The position numbers were made by a program, and so were the translations under genes. The notes beneath the pieces are model-generated. The model saw only the letters and a program-made list of their open reading frames with translations. It was not told the origin of the DNA and ran no database searches. DNA of 64,000 nucleotides from Geosiphon pyriformis uo1 (lineage: Eukaryota; Fungi; Glomeromycota): assembly GCA_016748015.1 (NCBI GenBank), contig JAAOMT010000436.1:816033-880032 (forward strand), given 5' to 3'. How positions within the stretch are numbered: position 1 is the stretch's first letter; each line of letters opens with the position of its first letter. This document shows positions 1 to 13,320 of the stretch, one piece after another.

Positions 1-189
1 TTTAAAGAAAATTTAAATATTAAAAAAAAAATCGAGGAATTTCTTATAAAATGACTGAACCTATCCCTTCACAACACTTTATCAAAAGAAATTATCTTTT
101 GAAAAAAAACAACCAAATAATTCCAAAATCTCATCAAACATTTAAAATATATCAAAACCTAATCTCAGGACTAAAAGTTAAAATTTAAA

Positions 190-456
190 ATGTTTCGCCA
201 TTCAATCCTCAAACCCTTTTCTAGCACAGTATTCTTGTACTTGCTCTTCTGTTTCACTTTTCTTATTATAAGTTTCGACTTGATTCGCTCGTCACCCATC
301 CCGCCCACCAATAATTTTCGATGGGAACCGTATACCTTTTATGTTCCTCCGTGGCCTCCGTGGCCTCCAGGTTGTCCCAACTGTAACCCTTCTTTTCCAT
401 CGGATATTTACGAAATAGGTCAATCTCATGGTGGAATATTGGGAGGGCATAAATAA
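190..456 (+). CDS. Small secreted peptide precursor, copy 1 (88 aa; hydrophobic signal region, Pro/Trp-rich mature region, C-terminal GQSHGGILGGHK)
   Basis: Intact ORF; hydrophobic FLYLLFCFTFLIISF followed by SSPI (typical cleavage context); paralogue 1147 bp downstream shares the first 37 codons and the C-terminal motif. Confidence 0.7.
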   Translation: MFRHSILKPFSSTVFLYLLFCFTFLIISFDLIRSSPIPPTNNFRWEPYTFYVPPWPPWPPGCPNCNPSFPSDIYEIGQSHGGILGGHK

Positions 457-1336
457 TGTTTTCAAATTACATATACAAATATTAAGTTTTTAAGAAAATT
501 TTTTCAAAGCTTTTTTTTACAGTTTATTAAAATTAACTACATAAGCAATATTTTTTAATTTTTAGAATATTACTGTAAAAAACCAAAATCTATATTTTTA
601 GCCTTGGAAATATCAATTTTACAAAAAAAAAGTTTTTTATTTGTATTTTTTTTTATATAATTAGAAATAAAAAGTTTTTTAAAACTATAAATATTTCTTG
701 ATTCTTTAAAAAAAATTATAATAACGTAATGTGAATTCATCTGAATCATGAATTGCCATGAATATCATTTTGATTTTTCTTTTCAAAAAATATAATTTAG
801 TTAAAATATAACTATTAATACCAAATTTCTTTTATTAGATTTTCATAATATAAATAAATTTCAATTTTTTGGCGTTTGCGAGTTTAATTCCAATTTTGTG
901 GGAATTGTGATTAATTTTTAAATTTAAATTTAAATTTTTTGTCACATATTGTTGTGTATTATATATTGAAACTATTTATATTTCATTAATAGTCTAATAA
1001 TATTTCATTATTTTTAGATATTATGAGAATTACTCTTTTTATAACGACAATGATAAATTTACTATGAAAATTACCTGAGTTTAGGTTTTTCAGAAAATCC
1101 TTTGTCCTTTTTTTTTTTTTTATTGAGTTCAAGTTTCAATTCTTGATTTAGAGAAAATTTAAATATTATAAAAAAAATCGAGGATTTTCTATAAAATGAC
1201 TGAACCTATCCCTTTACAGCACTTTATCAAAAGAAATTATCTTTTGAAAAAAAAACAACCAAATAATTCCAAAATCTCATCAAACATTTAAAATATATCA
1301 AAACTTAATCTCAGGACTAAAAAGTTAAAATTTAAA

Positions 1337-1573
1337 ATGTTTCGCCATTCAATCCTCAAACCCTTTTCTAGCACAGTATTCTTGTACTTGCTCTTCTGTT
1401 TCACTTTTCTTATTATAAGTTTCGACTTGACTCGCTCGTCACCCATCCTGGCAAACAATGATCTAAATATTCTTGTCATTTGGCCTGCTATAGAGAACAA
1501 CTCTAATTCTGGATCATCGCAGACTAAAGCAACAGGTTAACCTCAGGGTGGAATATCGGGAGGGCATAAATAA
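1337..1573 (+). CDS. Small secreted peptide precursor, copy 2, truncated by a CAA>TAA stop at 1538-1540; the in-frame tail PQGGISGGHK* follows
   Basis: ggt TAA cct cag ggt gga ata tcg gga ggg cat aaa taa aligns codon-for-codon with copy 1 ggt CAA tct cat ggt gga ata ttg gga ggg cat aaa taa. Confidence 0.65.
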
Positions 1574-2560
1574 TGTTCAGAATTCGGCGAATATTTAATG
1601 TGAATTATTTCAATTGCAATTGTTTTTTTTTTTTTTCCAAATTACATATACCAAATATTAGGTTTAAGAAAATTTTAAATTAAATTTTTTTCAAGGCTTT
1701 TTTTACAGTTTATTAAAGTTAACTACATAAGTAATGTTTGTTTAATTATTAGAATATTACTGTAAAAAACCAAAATCTACATATATCTTTTTTTTAAAAA
1801 AGGGATATTTATATTTTTTGGCTTTGGAAATATCAACTAACAAATAAAATTTAGCTAAATTTCAAAAAAAAAAAAATTTTTTATATAATTAGAAATAAAC
1901 AGTTTTTTAAAACTATCTTATTTCTTGATTCTTTAAAAAAAAAAAAAAGAGATAATAGCTGTTTTAAATTGCTAATCAATTGACCATTGTCAATTTACCA
2001 AAATGGATTAATGCGAGAAAAAGAACACCAAAAAAAATTTCAGATTGTAAAGTTTAACTTTTATATATAAAAAATTTGATTTCCAAATCTTTTTTCAAAA
2101 AAGGATTTATTTATTCTTTTTTTGTGAAAAGTGTCGAGCATCTCGTATGAAAATATCGAATTCAAAATAAATTCAGACTACAAAGTACTTGTTGGGATTT
2201 ATGGTAAAAATATTGATTGAACAAAAGCGTGAAAAAGGAAGAACGAGAAATGGTAAGGAGATGCGGTATAGAGAGTATTTTACAATGTAACAACGTGATG
2301 TGAGTATGATACAAAATCATGAATCGCATGAATATCATGGTGATTTTTCTCATCAAAAATATAATTATAGGTAAAATATAACTATGAATACCAAATGTCT
2401 TGTATTAGGTTTTCATTCTCAGTTTCTAATTATTTAGTCTTTGAAATATAGGAGTTTTGGAAATTAATAAATTTTCAGTATAATAACCGACGTTTCCATC
2501 AAATGTAAAGTTATTTTGTTTTCGCTGTAGGTGGGATGCCGAACCAAACGTTTTTAATCA

Positions 2561-5291
2561 TCAATGTATAGCAAGAGGAGCATGGGTTTTGTTGAAGGAG
2601 AATGGTTCCGGCTTTTGAATTTGATTTTGTGATTTTGGTTCAGTTTCCTCGATATTTTTGGGTCGTCTTCGTCCTAGCACATCCTTCAACTCGAGCACCA
2701 TAAGTTCCGAATCTGCACGGGCAATTTTAATTTTGGCCTATGTGTATTGGTATAGGACCGCGATAAGCTTACGTTTGAACTTGAAGGCTTGCGCATCAAG
2801 GCAGGGACTATTTATAGCTTGAACAATTCTGATCATGCACTTGCTATAAATATACCCCTTCCCTCTGCTCCCACTGCAAAGTATGCTCGTACCTCCTCAA
2901 CTCTTTTTGTCTTTTGAATAGCGATTCTCTCTTCCCTTGTTAATTTCTTGAAAAAATAAAAAAATAAAAAAAATAAAAAGGATGTTGAATTAGAAAACGT
3001 AGAAACCGTTTGTTCAATTCAAAAACATTTATTCACCTGTAGAATTTCAGGTTCGGCTGTCGTCTCAAAGTATTGTTCAGGAACGTCAAGAGGCTCATGT
3101 GTTTGTGACCAATCGAATAATGTCCTTTCGGAACTATTCTCATCATTCTCGGTGCTCTCTTGATCGAGATTCACCATGTCGATGTCAAGGGATTGTCGAT
3201 TTACTGTGAAAGGAGATCATGGGATTTCGATATTAATTCCATTAATGAGGACAATATATGTATGAATTCTATAAAATATTCACCTGGTGTATCTGTATCT
3301 GAAGAATCATCGAGCATCATATTAGTGAGAGCTGTTTTTCCTTCCTCCCATTCTTGGGTCATGAAAGTAAAATCTCGACCGATAGAATTATACTGATGAA
3401 CCAAACGTTCTGATTCCCTTTCATCGATAAATCCTATTGTCAAATGAAATTAAAAAAAAAAACATTTAACCATAAGTTTTCATTTTTTGTCAAAAATAAA
3501 TTTCATTCTAAGAACCTTCATGTTCAAAATTTTTGCGAGCATCTTCATTGCAAAGATATAATTTGGCTTGAATACCACGAATGTGTTGTTCGATGGATGC
3601 CAACTTGTGAAGATACGCACGCAATCTTTTGTCCGGGGCAAAGGGTGTAAGGCGGGAAAGTATATCTTCTCTTGGTGGCAATGGGTCTACTATAAAGCGA
3701 CGGGAAAAATATGAAGAAAATTAGATTTTAATCTGATTCTTGCTACTGAAACCTCTTCCTAATAACTTACGTGGCTCATTTATCGAAGATGCGCTTACAG
3801 TATCTAAATAATGTGCAGTAATGGATCCCAACTCATTGAGATGATCGTTCACTATGGCCCAATGCTGTTCGTAATCGCCTCGATGAGAATCTCTACCGGT
3901 AGTCATAACATCCAAGGCAAGGAAATGACATAAACACTCTCTTCTTTTTGCATGCATTTTCTGGAAACAAATTCTCAAATTTTCCAATGAAGTAGCATCT
4001 TCGACATCATCCAAATTCCACTCATCCTCATCCAAAGCCGCGGCAATATTGTACATATTGTACATAATGGCCAGATTCTGCTGTGAAATTTCCGATTGAA
4101 TTGTCATGATTGCCCGACGATAACCCATGAAAGCCTCTCTTAAAATAGCATGTAAAGTATCCCTTAATTCGACACATCTTCGAGTTTTCGTCGACTGTTC
4201 AATGCGAGTTATAGGGGAAAGAGGCATTGATCTGTTATAAGAAAATTTGGAGAGGTTAAGGAATTAAGACGGGGGTATATGGGGTAGTGTTCAAAAAGTC
4301 TTTCTCTAAAATTGTAATGTTTTGTAAGATTTTGAACAATGATCGCGAAAGTTTGAAAAGGATACAATCTATAGCCTCTAGAGACAAGTTCAATTTCTTG
4401 TATCATAATCAAGGCCTTATTAACTTTGATGTCAAAAGCTTGACAATTATATACAAGAACTTCAAGAAGATGTAAGGCCAAATCATGCATTGTTTTGACT
4501 GCTTTTCTTCGCTATGAGATTGAAGACAAAAAATGGTAAGAATATAGGAAAAAAAAAAAAGGAAATGATAATCGAGTAACTTACCATACGTCTATAAAAG
4601 GCAAAAGAAGCCAATAACGGTAGAATAGCTACAGATAATTGTATGAATTTGGCACCAAAATTTTCAGAATCGGATTCCCAAACCCATACAAATAATATTC
4701 CGGCTAAACCCATTAGGGCGCTGAATATGATTTCAAGATTTCTCCTTGTCAACCCGCCAAAGTATTGCCGAGCTTCTATGATATCAGATTGTGAGGGTTG
4801 TCTGCTATCATAGAAATGTATCGAGAGAGTTTCATTGAGGAGGTGTGAGGTGCAAAGAAGATATTTAAAACGTTCTTCGAACTGGTTTTCTTCAGATAAG
4901 GGTAGGGCAGTTGATAAGGAATCCTAAAAAATTTTCAAGAATATACGAGCATAATTAGAAAAAAATGGTAATATTCTAGTATTTTTTTGAGAAATCAAAT
5001 TTGTAGTGTAAAATTTTTACCTGTAGATATGATATTGCTTCACACCCAATTGATAAAAGTTTTTGGGGAAATGAGATTTTTCTCTCGTTTATTTCTTCTA
5101 GTTCAAAACTTGTAGGTTGAGGTTGCTTTACCATCTCCTCATCACTACCTATATCTAAACAAAGTGAAAATAACGTTTTTAGCTGCTTCATGAGATACAA
5201 AATTCCTAAAGTTTAAAAGGACAGAGGGGAAAAACTAACCAGCCAAATATTGAGCAAATGGAGTATCCTCGTATATAACATTCTCAGCCAT
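2561..5291 (-). CDS. Vezatin-like protein (myosin-binding/VezA family), multi-exon
   Basis: Starts MAENVIYEDTPFAQYL; two TM-like segments; IQEIELVSRGYRL..PLSPITRIEQ..RRC motif; C-terminal MVLELKDVL; stop at 2561-2563. Confidence 0.72.
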
Positions 5292-5365
5292 CAAAAAAAA
5301 AGTCAAGTTTGCGATAGAGAGAGTGAGGGAAGTATATTTGTGGTGGGTGTGTATGAAGGGTTTTT

Positions 5366-5540
5366 GTATAGTATGTTATGGTATGTTATGTTATGTTATG
5401 TTTTTGTGTAGTGTAGTGTAGTGTGGAGTGGAGTGGTGTTGTGTTGAGTTTATCAAGGCTTTTTTATGTTTAGGGAGTGTATTATTTATGTTTATAAAAG
5501 AATGGAAGGAAAGGAAAGGAAAGAAAAGGAAAGGTAGGAA
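5366..5540. repeat. Cluster of pentanucleotide microsatellites (GTTAT, GTGTA, GTGGA, GGAAA) upstream of the vezatin-like gene
   Basis: Directly visible runs. Confidence 0.85.
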
Positions 5541-6302
5541 ATGGATAAAAAGAGGGTATGTAAGAATGATGGTAGGGTGAGGGCGCGTGGCTTTTTTCAG
5601 GGAATAAAAATATACTAACAAAAAGGGGACACAAAGACAGATGACAAGCATATTAAAGAATAAATTAGGTCAAATCAAAATAGTTTTTAAATGTTTTAAT
5701 ATAAATTTTTTGATGAACGGTTTTAATTCTTTTTGACTAATTGACATATATTTGGAGTGAGAAAAATTTTGTTTAACACAACAAATAACTAAACATATGT
5801 TGTGGATGATTGAAGTTTAATGTATTTATAAGTTGTACAATATGATGGCAATCACCGAGACTAGATAAAATAATTTTTCATAAATTTAACGAAATAAATT
5901 TTTTAAGCCCAATCTTCTTGAGAAAGAATTTTGTCGATAAGAGCAATTTTTGGACATTATTTTTTTTTTTTTTCATTCGAAGTTTCGATTTTTCTTTTTA
6001 CGAAAAATTCTGGGACAAAAAAAAAATTTTTTGATCCTGTCTCGAATCTAACCATATTTTTTAATTTTAATATTATTAGAATCCAGGATTCGATCTTAAT
6101 TTTTTTTTAAGTCATTTGTAGTAGGAATCATACAAATGAAATACCTGTTTAATTTCCGGGCGAATTCTTTAAAGGTAGTAAACAAAAAAGTTTTTACAAC
6201 GCCATATTTAATATACAAAAGCCTCAAAATGCTAAGCAAAGAAATTATTAGAAAAGAAACTATACTCTTGATGGTAAAGATTTACCAAACAGTTTGTGAT
6301 TA

Positions 6303-6354
6303 ATTTATTTATTTATTTATTTATTTATTTGTTTGTTTGTTTGTTTGTTTGTTT
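6303..6354. repeat. Compound (TTTA)n(TTTG)n microsatellite
   Basis: Directly visible. Confidence 0.9.
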
Positions 6355-6608
6355 GAAATTCAAATTTAGAATAACAAATGCGCCTTTGAATTAAATTTCA
6401 TAAATTATTATTATAACATGTACAATGACTAATTTTTTTTTTTTATGACTATTACATTTTTATACAAGCTTAAAATTTTTATTTTTGAGATAGAACTATT
6501 CTATTTGTTATAGGTTATCGTCGAGATAGCAAAACTTTGTATAGTACATGATCATCAATTAATGATTAATGCCTCATTATCACCTGACTTTTTTAGAAAA
6601 ATCTCTTG

Positions 6609-6699
<91 letters not shown>
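6609..6699. repeat. (AAT)~30 microsatellite
   Basis: Directly visible perfect run. Confidence 0.95.
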
Positions 6700-7322
6700 G
6701 AATAAGAAAATTTTTCTAGTTTCTTTCTTTAGGTTTAACAATATTGTTTTATTAACTTGTTTCTTACTTGAAATCTTCTTTTCAATATTTTTTTATGTGT
6801 ATATATACAGAATATTTTTACTTATATACAAATTATATTAAAAAATTATTTTTTTTAATAACATATTTTATTTATATATATGTATTTAACATTATATATA
6901 AACAATTATTTTTTAATTATTTTGTTATTAAACTTGAAAATATTTAAATAAATTTGTAAAATTAATATAATTTGTAATTTTATTATAAATAATATATTAT
7001 TGCATTTGATTTTTTCTTTTTTTAATAATTAATGATATTTTATTTAATAACTTAATTGTTATTTTAAATTATTGACTTAATTATTCATTTTTTAATTATT
7101 CATTTTTTTGTTAATAAATTCTTTTTAAAGTTTTATTCTAACTTATAACAATATTAAATTTTTTAAAAAATATGTTAATTATCAATAAAAAAATAAACCA
7201 CGTGATTGTATTTACAACTAAACTTTGGTTGGTTGGATTTCAAAGATGTTCAATCATAAACAAACAAAGAAAAATATATATGAAATTCCTTGAAACTACA
7301 GAATTGATACCTTGATAATAGT

Positions 7323-10220
7323 ATGTGGAGCATTCTAACCCGGAAAAAAATAGCATACGCGAGCGCAGCCACTCTCGCCGCTGGTAGTGCCTCTTACTAT
7401 TTATCTTCTGATTCTACTAGCAAGCGTCGCCATAGGTACTTACATACTCCCTTGAGCAATCTCGCTTCAGACTTCATAATATCAGAAGCCAACGCAGATA
7501 GTTACGCTTATCTGGAAGGTTTTCCCGAAAAGCCACACACATTATGGACCCCACCCTCCAGAAAGGAAATGTTAAACTTGCTGCAAGGCTTACATAAGGA
7601 CGGAACACCTTTGACACCTAATGAAGAGGAAATTTTAACTGAACCCCCTTTTGACTTACTCATAGTTGGTGGGGGTGCTACTGGCACTGGTGCTGCTTTA
7701 GACGCCGCAACTCGGGGATTAAAAGTTGCTTTAGTTGAAAGAGATGATTTTGCTTCCGGTACTTCCTCTCGCTCTACGAAATTAGTTCATGGTGGTGTAC
7801 GATATCTCGAGAAAGCTTTTTGGCAGCTTGATCATGAGCAATACAAACTCGTTAGAGAGGCTTTGTACGAGCGTGCTACCTTTCTTCACATCGCCCCATA
7901 TCTTAGCATTGAGATAGCAATCATGGCACCTATTTACAAGTATGAGAAATCCTACCCAGATTGTCAGTCTTCTGGTTAATTCATTTGTTTTTAATTTCTT
8001 AAAACTGGAAACTTGTTAAATTACTAAAGTTTTTGATTTTCCTTAGATGGTGGCAGGTCTTCTACTATTGGGTCGGCTCAAAAGCTTATGATCTTTTAGC
8101 TGGTAAAGAAGCTATTGAAAGCTCTTATTTTTTGACCCGCAGTAAGGCCCTTGAAGCTTTTCCGATGTTGAAAAAAGAAAAACTTGTCGGGGCCATGGTT
8201 TATTATGATGGTTTGTTTTCTAATTAATCTGCTCGAAATGATCTTCAATAATCTCCATGGTTTTCTTTCTTTACAAGGTCAACATAATGACGCTCGAATG
8301 AATGTCGCTCTCGCATTAACGGCAATTGCAAACGGAGCTGTTATCGCTAATCACGCTGAAGTGATAGGTTTGATAAAAAATGAAAAAGGGGAAGTAAATG
8401 GGGCTCGTGTAAAGGATACACTCACGGGTGAAGAATTGAATGTAAAGGCCAAAGGCGTTATAAATGCTACTGGGCCCTTTACAGGTAATTTGTAATTCTA
8501 ATTTTTTTCTAAAATGATGAATAAAACATTTACTAGACAATAAATTTGAAAATTTTGGATTTTTAATACAAGATACCCTTCGCTCTATGGAAAATCCTAG
8601 AGCCGAAAACATTGTCGCTCCATCATCTGGGGTTCATGTTGTATTACCCAATTATTACAGCCCTGGAAATATGGGTTTGGTTGATCCTGCCACTTCTGAT
8701 GGCAGAGTTATATTCTTTTTGCCATGGGAAGGAAATACGATCGCCGGTACAACAGATTCTCCCACTGAAGTGACATACAATCCAATGCCCAAAGAAGAGG
8801 AAATACAATGGATATTGGATGAGATAAAAAGATATTTAAGCCCAGGTATTTTCATTATACTCGTATCGAAAACAATTATAATACTAATCAAACCAATAAA
8901 TATGCTTGAATAGACGTCAAGGTTCGTCGTGGTGATGTGCTTGCTGCTTGGTCGGGTATTCGTCCTCTGGTACGCGATCCCTCCGCCAAAAATTCTGCCG
9001 ATTTAGTACGAAATCATATGATCAATGTTAGTGAATCAAAACTCATTACAGTTGCTGGAGGAAAATGGACAACATATCGTGCTATGGCCGAGGAAACAAT
9101 TGATAAGGCTATTGAAGTATTTGGTAAGCATTGGATGATTTTGAAGGATTTTACTTGAGTTTTCTTCCTAAATTTAACATATTTATTATTTTTAGGATTG
9201 AATCCTATGAAGCCGTGTAACACCCGTAACATAAAGCTCATTGGATCTCATGGCTACTCAAAAACTATGTTTATTAAACTTATTCAACAATTTGGCTTAG
9301 AGACCGAGGTAATCAACGCCGACATTTTTTCTCGAAATAAAAACTGCTAAAAAAATTAGCTGGTTTCAGGTCGCTCAACATTTAGCAAACAGTTATGGCG
9401 ATCGTGCATGGGCTGTAGCAGCGCTAGCTAATCCTACACGTAAACGATGGCCTGTTTTTGGAATGAGGTTAAGCCCATTTTACCCCTACATTGACTCTGA
9501 AGTACGATTTGCTGTACGAAGAGAATATGCTTGTACTCTTGTGGTAAGATAAAAAATATTAAGATTGGATCGGTTTCATGATTAAATGATAAAATTTCTT
9601 CAGATTAATCTTAACTTGTAATTATTTTTTCTTCATTGCTAAATTAGGATGTGATAGCTCGTCGAACTCGTTTGGCATTTTTAAATGCCCAAGCAGCTCT
9701 TGAATCACTTCCCCAGATACTTGAAATAATGGCTGAGGAGCTCAAATGGTCAGACGAACGTCAATCTCAAGAGTTTGACCAGGCCATTGATTTTTTGCTT
9801 ACAATGGGCTTGCCTCCCCCAAAAGAAAAGATAAATTTATCTAAATTTAAAGCTCAACTGAAATCAGGAGTAAGGCCTGAACAGAGTGCCTTTTATTCCC
9901 GTGCGCGTTTTCAACCAGAAGAGTTAACCAAATTCCAAAACATATACGCCGACCTTGATTTAGAAGGCGATGGGACTATCAAAGTGCCCTATCTGAGTAC
10001 AGTTTTTGTGCAATTAGGTCTTTCTCACCATATTCCTGATATCAACAATATACTTGAGTCTATACATTTGGAAAATGCTAATACAATAGAATTTGAGGAA
10101 TTTTTAGAGGTTATGAGTATTGTTCAAGAAATGGAGCACCAGAATACATATGTCAAAGTTTTTCAAAATTACAAGGACAAGCGAAGGATTCCCATTGAGA
10201 GAGCTTCAGGTGGTGTTTGA
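7323..10220 (+). CDS. GUT2: Mitochondrial FAD-dependent glycerol-3-phosphate dehydrogenase with C-terminal EF-hand-like region, multi-exon
   Basis: DLLIVGGGATGTGAALDAATRG, DFASGTSSRSTKLVHGGVRYLEKA, WSGIRPLV, GGKWTTYRAMAE, ARRTRLAFLN; GT-AG introns join the ORF pieces. Confidence 0.95.
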
Positions 10221-12399
10221 TCCCTTGATGTTAATTACTATGGAATACCGAATAATTCGAATATGCAATCACACATAGATCCTTATCTCACAAAAAAATT
10301 TTTTATAGAATCCCAGTTTAAATCCTTTTATTAATGTTAGAATTAGAATTAGGTTGTAATAGAAGTCTGGTATTAATTTTAAAGTAATAATTTTTTACCA
10401 TGAAAATTTCAAATTAGAAATACTTGAAGCTTTAATTTCTGTTAAATTTTATTAGTATTTTTATAAATTAATTTTTTTTACAAAATTGGTAAATAATTTT
10501 ATTTGTTAAATAAATAACATTGTTTTTTAGTTTTCTTTTTAAATAATTTGTTATTTTAATCTATTTTTGTTAATATAATTGTTATTTATTACTTTTTTTT
10601 AAGCAGTTTAGATAATAAAAAATCTTTAATATAATAACGAATATCTTAAAAATTGCAATTAGTTTAAAATTTAATTCAAAAATTAAAATGTGTTTTTTAA
10701 TATTAAGTTTTATTTTTATTTTTGAATATTTAAACTTTTAAAATTTGAAATTCAATAATAATTAATTATTAAATTAAAATTATTGAAATTTAAAATATCA
10801 GATTTTTAAAATATTTTTTTATAATTTTAAGTATAAAAAAAATTTAACTTAATAAATTAATTAGTTATTTATTTAAAAATCTAAATTTTAATTTTATTAA
10901 ATAAACCAGTTTTTTATTTTCATATTAAATTTGTTTTTATTAGTTAATAAAAAAATTCAATTTAAATATAAAATTTTTATTAAATACTATAAAATAAAAA
11001 TACTAAATATTAAATAATAACTTAAATATATAAAATTAAACATATAAAATAGTTTGTTAACAACTTTAAACACAATAAATAATTCAAAAAACATTTTTAT
11101 TTAAATTAAAACCAAATAATTCAAATTTAAATATAATAATAATAATAATAATAATTTATTTATTTAAAATATTTTAAATTTAATATTACATAATATTACA
11201 AGTATTAAATTAATTTATCAAAAAATTATAAAACAGTATTTTTTAATAAATACATTTATTATATTTTAATAATTTTTTAAAAATTATTATATTAATTAAA
11301 AATTTCGAGTTAATTAAACAAAAAACAAATTTACATTTAAATTATTAACTTAATAATAAATAAATTATTTAACTTAAAAACTTAAATAAAACAATTTGAC
11401 AAAATTTTTTATTTAAAAATAAAAAAAAATACTTGAATTATATTATAATTAAAACAATACATATTTACAAAATCTAATATATTAAAAAGTTTAATTTTAA
11501 TAATAATTATAAAAAAACCAAATTCACAATTATTATTAAAAATAAAGTTATATTAAAATTAATTGTAAATTATAATTGATTAATTAAAAACCAACAAAAA
11601 AAATTAACAAAAAAAATTCTAATAATTAATATTAAATCTTAATTTATAAATTTAATATTCTAATAATTAATATATATATTATTATTTTATTTATAAATTA
11701 TATATTAAATACAATTATTTAGATTATTATTATAATTATAATAATTAATAATATAATAAACTATAATTAAAAATTTAAGATTAAAACCTAATAACATAAA
11801 TTAAAATTGGTAAGTATAAAAATTATACTAGTAATTTAAAAAATAATTAATTTTAATATTTAAATTAACAAAGATATTTTAAGTTTTAGAAACTAAAATT
11901 TGTTATAATAATCAAAAACCAAATAATACTGGTTTTTATAATAATATTATTATAATATTTATTAAAGTTTTAGTCATAAAAGCTATATAATATGAAGTAT
12001 TTATTAATAAAAATTAATTGTTTAAAACCAATATTTTTTTTAATTAAAATATTTATAAATTTTAGTTTAATTTTATATAAAAATAATAACAATTTATAGT
12101 TATTTTTAAATAGTAATTATCAGAAAACATTTTTAATTAAATTTAAAAAACGAAAAAAAAATTAATAATAATTATAAAAACTTATTATTACTTTTTATAT
12201 ATAAAACCAAAAAAAAACAACTAATTATCTCAAAATACTTATTTTTATATATATATAATTTTAATTTTTAACTTGAATGTATTAAATATAAAAAAAACTA
12301 TTTTTTTTATATTATTAAATAGTTTACAGTAAAAAATTAAAAAAATTTTTTTCTCTTTTTTATTTCAAATCTCCAAAAAAGAGTTGAAAAATATTTAAA

Positions 12400-13320
12400 A
12401 AAAGTTTTTACTGTTTTTATTATTATATATCTCACTATTTTTTGAAAAACAAACCTCTTTATTATTAAACTAGCTATTACTATAAGTGGTTTTGCTGCTA
12501 AAAAAAATCAACCAGAATTGTGGTCTCAAGTTCTATTAGTAAAAGCTTGGTTCAGAAGCAAATGTTATTTTTTGACAATATTAAATACTTAAATAATAAA
12601 GCAAATTTCAGTTTTGAAATTTCAGAAAAGATTGCTAAACAGTTTGCTAAAATAAATATAAATAACAATGCTAGTGATAAAAATAAAACTTAGTTAAACT
12701 TAAACATAAATACTCTTAAGGCCAAATGGATTAATATTAGTAATATAATTGGCTTTTCAATTAGTTTTTTAATCTATAATATAAATAATAATAATAAGAT
12801 TTTTCTTTCTTTTTGATTTTTAATTTTTTTGAATAAATTATGAATTAATTCAAAAATTGTTAAAACTCAGATGAAAGTTGCTGTCAAGAAATTATTTGCT
12901 TTGGACATCAATTTTTTAGCAGTAAAGAGCAAATTGGCAATAACAAAAACATAAGTAATTAGAAAAAATTTTTCAGCAATTAATAATTTTAAAAGAGTTA
13001 CTACTTTTTTAAAATTTGAAAAAATTATTAGATCTATGCTTACATTAAAGAAAAATATGAAAAAAACCACATTATTGGCCAAAAAAAAGACATTATAATA
13101 AACAATAATCTTAAAAAACAAAGAATTTGTTTAGATCAAGCTGTAATAATAATAAAAATTTTCATGAATATATTAAAAAAAATGATTATTGCAGCTTTTT
13201 TTGAATTTGATTAATTGATGTTAATCTTATTATAATTGATTGGACTGTGGCAAAAAGCTATAATGGAGTTTGCCAAATTAAGTTAAACAGATTAGTTAAC
13301 AGCAAATTAGTTGTTTTTAA
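12400..13320 (+). mobile_element. Heavily eroded retroelement ORF relic (probably non-LTR ORF1-like)
   Basis: Residual reading KKLFALDINFLAVK..KFEKIIRS..LIGLWQKAIMEFAKL with stops; an inverted paralogue lies at ~19.0-20.4 kb. Family assignment is inference. Confidence 0.5.

Larger units (their letters stand above)
1..2418 (+). repeat. Tandem segmental duplication (about 1-848 vs about 1147-2418, with a ~370-bp indel in copy 2) carrying the two peptide genes
   Basis: Near-identical upstream text (atgactgaacctatccc...ctcaggactaaaaagtt) and matching downstream blocks (catgaatatcat...aactat.aataccaaat at ~757 and ~2326). Confidence 0.9.

Noticed and set aside
5391-5651. 86-aa ORF upstream of the vezatin-like gene
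   Set aside because: Built from microsatellite sequence; low complexity.
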